Shown here in pieces: positions 7,959 to 15,659 of a stretch of 18,423 bases of DNA. The notes beneath the pieces are model-generated. The model was not told the DNA's origin, made no database searches, and saw only the letters and a list, made by a program, of their open reading frames with translations. This DNA comes from Candidatus Heimdallarchaeota archaeon (GTDB lineage Archaea; Asgardarchaeota; Heimdallarchaeia; Heimdallarchaeales; Heimdallarchaeaceae). Numbering within the stretch: position 1 is the first letter of the stretch; every line of letters begins with the position of its first letter. The DNA is taken from the NCBI GenBank assembly GCA_021399395.1, contig JAAFKJ010000040.1, forward strand, positions 1-18,423. Direction: 5' to 3'. The translations under genes and the position numbers were made by a program.

Positions 7959-8630
7959 TTGGATTTAGATACTATCAAGAGATATGTACAAATTGCTTTC
8001 AATGGCTCAGCTCAGCAGGTTCGAAGAGTACTACCTCAGATAAAATATGATCCAAGAATAATCATAGAGGCAGGTACTCCATATATTAAAAGAACTGGTA
8101 TGGCAGGAGTCAGCCTCATCAGACGAATGTGGCGTGGATTGGTTGTTGCAGATATCAAAGTTACAGATGGAGCTGTAAAGGAAGTGATGTTCTCAGCTGC
8201 TGCAGGAGCTAATGCAGCAACTGTAATGGGTTCTGCTCCTGTTGAAACATTGGATTACTTTGTTACATATTGTAAAAATCACAATATCTACTCAATGATA
8301 GATATGCTAGGTGTTGATAACCCTCTACGGAAAATGCTTCCTATGAAATCCAAACCTGATGTTATTGTTATTCACAAAGGAAGAGATGAGGAAAGCAACA
8401 AGAGAACTCTTATCAGATATAAAGATATAGCAAAAATACGTTCGAAATATAGTTCTCTTGTTTCAGTAGCTGGTGGATTGGACTATTTGCATGTTAGAAA
8501 AGCTTACTTCAATGGTGCTGACATAGCTATTCTGAATGTCACAGAACCAGACGACCCGAATGTTGGAATACCTGATCGTTCAAACTTTAGGCAGATAATG
8601 CCAGCAATTCTAAATGCAGTAGGTAACTAA
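7959..8630 (+). CDS. 3-hexulose-6-phosphate synthase-like protein (OMPDC/HUMPS barrel, resembling the HPS domain of Fae-Hps)
   Basis: VQIAFN, IEAGTPYIK, ADIKVTDG, PDVIVIHKGRDEE, VAGGL and GADI motifs. TTG start with a GAGG RBS. Confidence 0.8.
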   Translation: MDLDTIKRYVQIAFNGSAQQVRRVLPQIKYDPRIIIEAGTPYIKRTGMAGVSLIRRMWRGLVVADIKVTDGAVKEVMFSAAAGANAATVMGSAPVETLDYFVTYCKNHNIYSMIDMLGVDNPLRKMLPMKSKPDVIVIHKGRDEESNKRTLIRYKDIAKIRSKYSSLVSVAGGLDYLHVRKAYFNGADIAILNVTEPDDPNVGIPDRSNFRQIMPAILNAVGN

Positions 8631-8640
8631 CCTACTCTCA

Positions 8641-8652
8641 TTTTTTTACTTT
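8641..8652 (+). terminator. Oligo-T terminator after the HPS-like gene
   Basis: TTTTTTTACTTT begins 11 nt after the stop codon. Confidence 0.5.
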
Positions 8653-8680
8653 AAATCAACCCAATATTCTGGTTGAGATG

Positions 8681-8700
8681 GGAAAATGCTTTAAATTTAA
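8681..8700 (+). promoter_or_regulatory. BRE/TATA promoter of dppA, probably giving a leaderless mRNA
   Basis: GGAAAATGC followed by TTTAAAT about 25 nt upstream of ATG 8719; no RBS visible. Confidence 0.45.
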
Positions 8701-8718
8701 ATGTATAAACTATAACTG

Positions 8719-9567
8719 ATGAAAGCTTTCATTTCTGTTGATTTGGAGGGAATGCCTTACGTCGTTATTCCTGGTCATTTGAATCTTAAAGGATCACTTT
8801 ATCCTGAAGCTAGAAAAATAGCTACCCAAATTACTCTTTTTGTAACTGAAGAACTTCATAAGAATGGTTTTGATAAAATAATAGTAGCTGATAGCCATGG
8901 ACCAAAGATAAATCTACTAGTTGATGATTTACCAGAATGTGTTGAAATTGTGAGGGGTGGTCCTAGACCTATAAGCATGGTAGCTGGTTCAGAAGGTTGT
9001 GATGTAGGATTATTCCTGGGTTATCATGCTAAATTTGGAACAATAAATGCAACTTTTGATCATACATACAGCGGAGGAAGTGTAAACAAACTCGTCTTAA
9101 ATGGAATTGAAGTGAGTGAATATCTTATGAATTCTTATACAATTGGAGAGTTTGGTATACCTTCAATATTGGTTGCAGGAGATAAGCAATTGATAGAAGA
9201 TGATGTTAAACCATACACTCCATGGGTCGAATCTGTAACATTAAAAGAATCTCTTAGCAGATTTTCAGCAAAGAGTCCAAGCATGAAACTAATTGAAAGA
9301 GAACTACGCGCAGCTACTAATAAAGCAGTGATAAATGTCAATGAAAATCTTGTAAAGCCCCTTGTTCTTGAAAAGCCGATTAATGTCTCTCTAACACTTC
9401 GTGACACACATCAAACTGATGCTGTTTCTTATCTACCTTTTATTTCTAGAAAAGATGCCCTTACTGTAGAATATGTCTCTAAAAATATGGTTGAAGCTTA
9501 TAAAACATTTCAAGCAATTATGTTCATTTCTTCGGCTTCCTCTTCAATACTTCAAAATCTCAAATAA
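8719..9567 (+). CDS. dppA: D-aminopeptidase, peptidase family M55
   Basis: MKAFISVDLEG (DxE zinc ligands), DSHG, GYHA, FDHT, EVSE and VAGD motifs. Confidence 0.93.
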   Translation: MKAFISVDLEGMPYVVIPGHLNLKGSLYPEARKIATQITLFVTEELHKNGFDKIIVADSHGPKINLLVDDLPECVEIVRGGPRPISMVAGSEGCDVGLFLGYHAKFGTINATFDHTYSGGSVNKLVLNGIEVSEYLMNSYTIGEFGIPSILVAGDKQLIEDDVKPYTPWVESVTLKESLSRFSAKSPSMKLIERELRAATNKAVINVNENLVKPLVLEKPINVSLTLRDTHQTDAVSYLPFISRKDALTVEYVSKNMVEAYKTFQAIMFISSASSSILQNLK

Positions 9568-9659
9568 AACCGACGAGGGATTCCTTTGCCATAATTTTTT
9601 TAATGAGCATTCAAATAGTAGCCCAGAGACTTTGGAAAATACTTTCATGAGGTTCTAAA

Positions 9660-10910
9660 TTGGGCAAAAGAAAAGTACCTACTTTTATTTTCATTGCTAT
9701 TCTTGTTGTATCAATAATAGTTCTTGATGTAGTTAGACAAGCTCAATTTAGAGGAGATAAAGATGAAATTGTTCTAAGTGTTCTCTATACAAGTGAAAAG
9801 AAAGGATGGATAAATTCAATAGCACCTGAATTCCCTGAATGGTTTTCTGAAAGGAATCTTGGGATGAGTGTTCGATTAGAATTTGAAGTATTAGGAACTC
9901 GAACGTCAATGCTTTCTATCCTATCAGGTGAAAGTAAACCCGTAGTTTGGAGCCCAGCCGCATCAGTGTGGGTACCACTTTTTGACTGGTCTTGGGAGAA
10001 AAAGTTTGGAAACCATATTATTGATTTTGATCAAGTAAAACCATTGGTTGCTTCACCAATTATCCTGGGAACTTGGGAGAGTTACAGAGATGAAAATAAT
10101 TTCACTAAATGGGCAGACCTATACGATTTAGCTAATTCTGAACTTAAACTTGCACACACTTCTGCTCAAGAATCAAATTCTGGATATATGGCTGTCCTTC
10201 TCGAAATCACAGCTGCCAGTGGGAAGGAACCAGATCAAATAACCATGACAGATTTGCAGAATACTACGATCCATGATTGGATGGAAAAGGTAGAATCGAC
10301 AGCTGTGCTTTATGGGTCTTCTACTGGTTTTCTAGCAAAACAAGCAGTTCAGTTAGGACCTTCAGGTCTAAATGTAATGATACTTTATGAGAATTTAATC
10401 ATCGAAACTGCTAAAGATGGAGAAGCCTTTGCCAAATGGGGAGAAAATATTGTAGCAGTGTATCCTGAAGAAGGAACACTGTGGAGCGATCACCCGTTTG
10501 TTATTCTTAATGCTTCATGGGTTACTCCTGAGGAACAATTTGCTGCGACAGAATTTGAAACCTTCTTGTTAAGTAAAGAAACTCAAAAACAAGCAATACC
10601 CTTCGGTTTCAGACCTGGTAATGAAACAATAGTAAATGATACTGATATTATAGCAGAAATGGAACAAGTATTCAAATCTGAAAATGGTGTTGCTCTAGAC
10701 ATTACCATACCTAAATTCAGCGTTCCAACAGATGGAGAAGTGTTGGACAGAATTCCTGATGTATGGTTGAAAACGAGAGCGACAACTCTTGAAAAAGACG
10801 AGGATGCTGAATATTTTCAACTAGGTTATGAATTTCTGACAGTGGTTCCAATAGTATTCGGCGCTCTTCTTATTCTAATTATTTTCAAAAGAAAGAGGAG
10901 GGTAAAATAG
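9660..10910 (+). CDS. ABC transporter substrate-binding protein (vWA-associated SBP type) with N- and C-terminal TM helices
   Basis: N-terminal TM segment. Motifs SEKK, PVVWSPAASVW, LVASPII, LAHT..ESNSG, YGSSTGFL, YENLII, VYPEEGTLWSDHPF, GFRP. C-terminal TM followed by KRKRR. Sequons NFT, NTT, NAS, NET, NDT. Confidence 0.8.
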   Translation: MGKRKVPTFIFIAILVVSIIVLDVVRQAQFRGDKDEIVLSVLYTSEKKGWINSIAPEFPEWFSERNLGMSVRLEFEVLGTRTSMLSILSGESKPVVWSPAASVWVPLFDWSWEKKFGNHIIDFDQVKPLVASPIILGTWESYRDENNFTKWADLYDLANSELKLAHTSAQESNSGYMAVLLEITAASGKEPDQITMTDLQNTTIHDWMEKVESTAVLYGSSTGFLAKQAVQLGPSGLNVMILYENLIIETAKDGEAFAKWGENIVAVYPEEGTLWSDHPFVILNASWVTPEEQFAATEFETFLLSKETQKQAIPFGFRPGNETIVNDTDIIAEMEQVFKSENGVALDITIPKFSVPTDGEVLDRIPDVWLKTRATTLEKDEDAEYFQLGYEFLTVVPIVFGALLILIIFKRKRRVK

Positions 10911-12640
10911 TGGATTTAGAAGATAAGAAATTGGATGCAGAAGTTAAGATGAGACGAACGCTTCTAGCAGCTGAAAGATGGTTATCTAAGAAAGGTGTTC
11001 TGTCTGTTGGGAAAGTGTTTACAGTTGGAATATTCATTCTTCTAGTTCTTGGACCTATTCTTTATCTTCTTCTTCAAATAATAATCAGCTGGGATGACAT
11101 CAATTCTACTGTTTTCAATGACCCTATCTTGGGGAATGAAGCTTTTCTTATGATGATGAGGTCGATAGGTCTCTCTCTTAAGATTGCAGCTATTGTAACA
11201 GTTTTTGATATAATAGTTGGAGTACCAATTGCTTGGATTTTAGCAAGATATAACTTCAGAGGGAAGAATATTTTGGACACTTTAGTAGATATGCCAATGG
11301 CCGTCCCAACCAGTGCGTTAGGTTTCTCAATTTACCTGTTCTGGGGAACAAATAATGGGATTTCGAAATTATTTAATTCTGAAGTGGGGTTGGTTTCCCA
11401 AGGAACACTTTTGATAATATTAGCTCATGTAGCGTTTACTTTTCCCTATGTAACCAGATCGATAAAAGGTATAATCTCTGATTTAGATTTGAATCTAGAA
11501 AAAGCAGGAAGAACCCTAGGAGCCTCTCCATTTACCATAGCTAGAATGATCTCTCTACCATTAGTTAAAGAAGGATTACTAGCAGGAATAGTTTTAGCTT
11601 TTACTCGATCACTTGGAGAAACTGGAGCTACTCTCATTGTGAGTGGTGTTTATCAAACGGCACCCGTAGTTATCGTGAGTTGGATGAAAGGTCTCAAGAT
11701 TCCAACCACAGCTTTCTTAGCATTTATGCTTATAATAATCAGTTTAACATTGCTGACTTTGGTTCGATTATTTGCACGAAAAGTTGGTTTACCTTGGAAT
11801 AAAGTATTTCCAAGATTTGAAAGAAAACTTAGCTCAAAACCCGTTACCCGAACCCGTGATGGAGTTTCTCTCTTCTTGTTTCTCATTTTTGTTTTTGTTC
11901 CCGCTCTCTTTGTGATTGTATTCCTATTCCAATGGTGGGGTGGTTCTCCCTTCTCAGGTGATCCACAAGCTGGAATGATCTACCAGGTGTTCCAAGCTCC
12001 AGATCAGAAAATTACGGATATTACGAATGCGTTGGTAACGTCTATAGAAATAGCTCTAATTGTAACTTTGATCAATGTAATCATAGCTACACCAATGGCT
12101 TTCTTCATTTCAAAAATGAAAAATAAGAAATTGAAAGGATTCCTTGACTTGTTAATAGACATACCTCTTGTCATTCCAAGTTCTGCTTTAGGTTTTAGTA
12201 TTTTCTTCCTGTGGGGATCAAATGGGATGCATATTCTTTCTCCCGGGTTTATGATGATTATTGTAGCTCATGTTTCTTTCACGTATTCTTATTGTGTCAG
12301 GCCTCTGATAGGGTCATTTGATGCCATACCTACGATGTATGATGAAGCAGCAACATCTTTTGGGGCATCGAAGTTCACTGCTTTTAGAAAAGTAACATTT
12401 CCTTTCTTGAAGAGTGGATTGATCGCAGCTGCTATCATGACCTTCACAAGATCCATGAGTGAAACAGGTGCAACAATTATATGTATGGGCGTAGAAAGAA
12501 CTATCCCTGTTCTATTAGTTGATTTCTTCGAAGCTTCTACATTTCCAGCTGCTGCTTTCGCTGCGACGATATTAATTGTCATTTCATTCTTACTGTTACT
12601 GTTACTAAGATTCTTTTCAAGGAGGAAGAGAAATGAGTGA
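10910..12640 (+). CDS. ABC importer permease with two fused ModB/CysT/CysW-like domains
   Basis: Two homologous halves: DMPMAVPTSALG / DIPLVIPSSALG; EAA loops LEKAGRTLGAS / YDEAATSFGAS; FTRSLGETGAT / FTRSMSETGAT. GTG start overlaps the upstream TAG, with a GAGGAGG RBS. Confidence 0.9.
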   Translation: MDLEDKKLDAEVKMRRTLLAAERWLSKKGVLSVGKVFTVGIFILLVLGPILYLLLQIIISWDDINSTVFNDPILGNEAFLMMMRSIGLSLKIAAIVTVFDIIVGVPIAWILARYNFRGKNILDTLVDMPMAVPTSALGFSIYLFWGTNNGISKLFNSEVGLVSQGTLLIILAHVAFTFPYVTRSIKGIISDLDLNLEKAGRTLGASPFTIARMISLPLVKEGLLAGIVLAFTRSLGETGATLIVSGVYQTAPVVIVSWMKGLKIPTTAFLAFMLIIISLTLLTLVRLFARKVGLPWNKVFPRFERKLSSKPVTRTRDGVSLFLFLIFVFVPALFVIVFLFQWWGGSPFSGDPQAGMIYQVFQAPDQKITDITNALVTSIEIALIVTLINVIIATPMAFFISKMKNKKLKGFLDLLIDIPLVIPSSALGFSIFFLWGSNGMHILSPGFMMIIVAHVSFTYSYCVRPLIGSFDAIPTMYDEAATSFGASKFTAFRKVTFPFLKSGLIAAAIMTFTRSMSETGATIICMGVERTIPVLLVDFFEASTFPAAAFAATILIVISFLLLLLLRFFSRRKRNE

Positions 12641-13745
12641 TATTCGATTCCAACATGTGACTAAGATTTTTGGGAGAAAAGTAGAAGCTGTAAAGGATCT
12701 TAGTTTCATAATTAATGATGGTGAATACGTCTCTTTGATTGGTCCTTCTGGATGCGGAAAAACAACTGCATTACGATTATTGGCAGGTACTATCTTACCT
12801 ACGAAAGGACAGATATTTTTTGATGATAAACACATGGAAAATGTTTCGATTCAAGATAGGAATATTGGTTTTGTATTCCAACATTTTGCAATCTTTCCAC
12901 ATATGACTGTTTGGGAAAATGTTGCTTATGGACCAACAGTACGAGGGAGACACAAGAAGGATATAGAATCGTTAGTAGAAAATGCTCTCAAATCTGTCCA
13001 AATAAGCTCTAAAGCTGAGCTTTACCCACCCACATTATCTGCACCAGATTGGCAAAAAACTGCTCTAGCAAGAGTCTTAGCATCTGAAGCTCGCATTCTT
13101 CTACTAGATGAACCATTAGGCGCACTTGATCAAAAAATCAGAGAAGAGTTCCAAGTTTTTCTCAGGGATCTGGTCAAACGTGAAAAACTAACTGCAATAC
13201 ATGTAACTCATGATCAAGCTGAGGCTCTAACTATAAGTGATAAAGTAGCAGTCATGAATAAGGGTGAGCTAATTCAACTAGGTTCTCCAACTGATTTGAT
13301 ATATAATCCGAATCATATTTTCACTTCGTTTTTTGTTGGTGAATCAGATTTCCTGGAAGGTGTTGTCATAAATGATGAGGAAAAAGAATCAGAAGTGAAG
13401 ATAGGTCAATCGATAATTAGAACTCATAATACTGGTGTTTCTAAAGGAAAAAGAGTAGCAGTAGCTGTAAGAAGAGAATTTTTCCAACTGGAGAAAATCA
13501 CCAAAGATGCGGACAAGATTACTAATAATTACATAAACGGTACAATAATTCAAGACCAATTTTTAGGTCTCTTGAGACGAGTTAGAGTTAGACTAGAAAA
13601 TCAACAAATAATTGAAGCGAAGATACATGCAAAGTATCCTATTCATTTCAATGAAAATGAAAGTGTGAAAGTGGGTTTTGATTCATCTCTTAGTAGATGT
13701 TTTGATTATCCTAAAGAAGGAATTATAGCTGCTTTGGAGATGTGA
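12633..13745 (+). CDS. ABC ATPase 1 (CysA/PotA/MalK-like, C-terminal TOBE) with a degenerate signature motif
   Basis: Walker A GPSGCGKT, Q-loop VFQ, Walker B LLLDEP and H-loop VTHD are canonical. The signature reads LSAPD instead of LSGGQ. Confidence 0.92.
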   Translation: MSDIRFQHVTKIFGRKVEAVKDLSFIINDGEYVSLIGPSGCGKTTALRLLAGTILPTKGQIFFDDKHMENVSIQDRNIGFVFQHFAIFPHMTVWENVAYGPTVRGRHKKDIESLVENALKSVQISSKAELYPPTLSAPDWQKTALARVLASEARILLLDEPLGALDQKIREEFQVFLRDLVKREKLTAIHVTHDQAEALTISDKVAVMNKGELIQLGSPTDLIYNPNHIFTSFFVGESDFLEGVVINDEEKESEVKIGQSIIRTHNTGVSKGKRVAVAVRREFFQLEKITKDADKITNNYINGTIIQDQFLGLLRRVRVRLENQQIIEAKIHAKYPIHFNENESVKVGFDSSLSRCFDYPKEGIIAALEM

Positions 13746-13749
13746 TGAT

Positions 13750-14844
13750 ATGGTTAAAGTCGAATTGAAAGATGTAACAAAATTCTACGGAAAGATACGG
13801 GGAGTTGAGAATATCGATCTTTCAATTGATGATGGTGAATATCTTGCCGTTTTGGGGCCAACAGGGTCAGGGAAAACATCTACAATGTACTTATTGGCAG
13901 GTTTGCTCAAACCTTCATCTGGTTCCATTCACTTTGACCAAACCGATGTTACAAAAACACCTGCAGAGGATAGGGAAGTGGGTTTTGTGTTTGAAGAATA
14001 CAATCTCTTTCCACGTATGCTGGTGGAGGAAAATGTTCTATTTGGTCCAGTGGTCAAAGATTTGGACATACCTGAATCTAAACTGATTGCAAAAGAACTG
14101 TTTACTTTGCTCAATATAGCTGGAAAAGAGAAAAACCTTCCAGATGAAATCAGCGGGGGACAAAAACAAAGAGTAGCCCTGGCAAGAGCTATAGTTTCAA
14201 ATGCCAAACTCTTGGTGATGGATGATCCACTTAGAGCTCTAGATGCAAAAATTAGAGAAATACTGCAAGTTGAACTTCGTAAGCTAGTAAAGGATCTTGG
14301 CTTAACATGTATTCATGCTACTCATGATACTCATGAAGCAATGAGAGTAGCAGATAGAATAGCGGTTTTCAAAGATGGAAAAATAGTTCAAATCGGCTCT
14401 CCAGAAGAGGTTTACAATCATCCAAATTCATTATATGTCGCTGATTTTCTAGGTGAGAATACTACAATAAAGGGAAAAATAAGTGAGAAGAAAAACGATT
14501 GCTACTTCAAAACAGAAGATGGATTAGAGTTTAAAATAGAGACGAGTTTGAATGATGGAGAAGAAGCGATAGCTCTGGTACCTTCTGAATTGTTGGATGT
14601 TTTTGATGTAAGTGAAAGAAAAAATATCAATTATGACAATATCCTAGAGGGAAAAGTCCTCAAATCGAAGTGTATTGGAGAATTCAATGAAATAGAAATC
14701 AAGCTCAATAATACTATTTTCAAAGCTAAAGATCTAATCGGGAAGAATATCCCGTTAAAGAAAGGTAGTACAGTATTGATTGCTACCGATAAAGATGATT
14801 ACAGAATATTTCCACAAAAAGAGGAGATAGAAAATGAAAAATGA
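13750..14844 (+). CDS. ABC ATPase 2 (CysA/PotA/MalK-like, C-terminal TOBE) with degenerate Walker B and Q-loop
   Basis: Walker A GPTGSGKT, signature ISGGQKQR and H-loop ATHD are intact. The Q-loop is VFE (Q to E) and Walker B is VMDDP (catalytic E to D). Confidence 0.92.
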   Translation: MVKVELKDVTKFYGKIRGVENIDLSIDDGEYLAVLGPTGSGKTSTMYLLAGLLKPSSGSIHFDQTDVTKTPAEDREVGFVFEEYNLFPRMLVEENVLFGPVVKDLDIPESKLIAKELFTLLNIAGKEKNLPDEISGGQKQRVALARAIVSNAKLLVMDDPLRALDAKIREILQVELRKLVKDLGLTCIHATHDTHEAMRVADRIAVFKDGKIVQIGSPEEVYNHPNSLYVADFLGENTTIKGKISEKKNDCYFKTEDGLEFKIETSLNDGEEAIALVPSELLDVFDVSERKNINYDNILEGKVLKSKCIGEFNEIEIKLNNTIFKAKDLIGKNIPLKKGSTVLIATDKDDYRIFPQKEEIENEK

Positions 14845-14917
14845 AAAGAAATCAGAGAAAATTAATAAACGGTCTCACATAGTTAAGACTATAGATTCCT
14901 TTGTTGAGGGGTTTTAA
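14834..14917 (+). CDS. Possible 27-aa bridging ORF MKNEKKSEKINKRSHIVKTIDSFVEGF
   Basis: GAGGAG at 14821-14826 sits 7 nt before ATG 14834. The ORF overlaps the ATPase 2 stop and ends 1 nt before the DUF47 ATG. Confidence 0.3.
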   Translation: MKNEKKSEKINKRSHIVKTIDSFVEGF

Positions 14918-14918
14918 A

Positions 14919-15587
14919 ATGAGTAATAGAGAACTTAAACAGTGGTTAAGTCGTCGTCGTGAATCAAGAATCTTGAAGCGTATCAGAGATCACTTGATTT
15001 ATGTTGACAGTTGTATAGTCAAAGGTAAGGATTTCTACAAATTCTGGCTGGAAAAGGATGAGGAAGCATCTAAGAACATGTACGAGATAATTTTTCAAGA
15101 GGAAAAAACAGCTGACGGTGTTGAAGCTGAAATCATTGATATGCTTTCAGAAGGTAAAACACCAGAATATGTTAGAGCAGATCTACTGAGTTTCATCCGA
15201 ACAGCTGATAAAGCTGCTGGGAATGCAAAAAGAGGAGTCAAAAATCTACTTGTACTCATTAAACATGAATTCCCTAAAGGTATCAAAGATTTAATTGGTA
15301 AAGTCTTTGATCTTCTCGCAGAAGAAATTGATGCTTTCATAGAAGTCTTTGATGCTATGTTCAAAGTTGAACATGAAGAGCTAATCGGAAACATCGCTAA
15401 AGTTGATAACATTGAATCTCAAATAGATGATTTGTATGCAGACCTAAAATATGAAATTGCTTATAATTCAGTAGATGTTCCTGCAGGTGCATTAATCATT
15501 CTAGATCATGCAATAAAAGATCTTGAAGATGTATCGGATTTAGTGGAAGATTGTGCAGATATGATAAGAAGTATAGTTCTACTTTAA
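14919..15587 (+). CDS. DUF47 / PhoU-like phosphate transport regulator (TIGR00153-like)
   Basis: All-helical with duplicated E-x3-D motifs (EEKTADGVE...RADLLSFIRTADK; IESQIDDLY...LEDVSDLVEDCAD). GAGGGG RBS precedes ATG 14919. Confidence 0.88.
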   Translation: MSNRELKQWLSRRRESRILKRIRDHLIYVDSCIVKGKDFYKFWLEKDEEASKNMYEIIFQEEKTADGVEAEIIDMLSEGKTPEYVRADLLSFIRTADKAAGNAKRGVKNLLVLIKHEFPKGIKDLIGKVFDLLAEEIDAFIEVFDAMFKVEHEELIGNIAKVDNIESQIDDLYADLKYEIAYNSVDVPAGALIILDHAIKDLEDVSDLVEDCADMIRSIVLL

Positions 15588-15659
15588 TCTCAATGAATAA
15601 AAATGAATTGCTAAATAGTTAACTGAAACATTTTTATTCAATAAACTCTCTCGAATAGT

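Noticed and set aside
7959-8630. Annotation as pyrF (OMP decarboxylase)
   Set aside because: It has the HPS/KGPDC-type E-x-G-T-P and His motifs rather than the OMPDC Lys in strand 2 and the DxKxxDIxxT motif.
8656-8676. Inverted repeat TCAACC-N9-GGTTGA upstream of dppA (similarly GATTTT-N3-AAAATC at 6311-6325 and GTTGCAAC at 319-326)
   Set aside because: Arms of 6 bp or less are expected by chance in AT-rich DNA, and I noticed no second copy.
12633-14844. ATPases as decaying pseudogenes
   Set aside because: Both are full length with no frameshifts, and their substitutions are complementary and confined to one composite site.
9660-14844. Naming the transporter modABC, wtpABC, cysPTWA or pstSCAB
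   Set aside because: The permease family fits oxyanion importers, but the SBP type and twin ATPases match none of these, so the substrate cannot be assigned from sequence.
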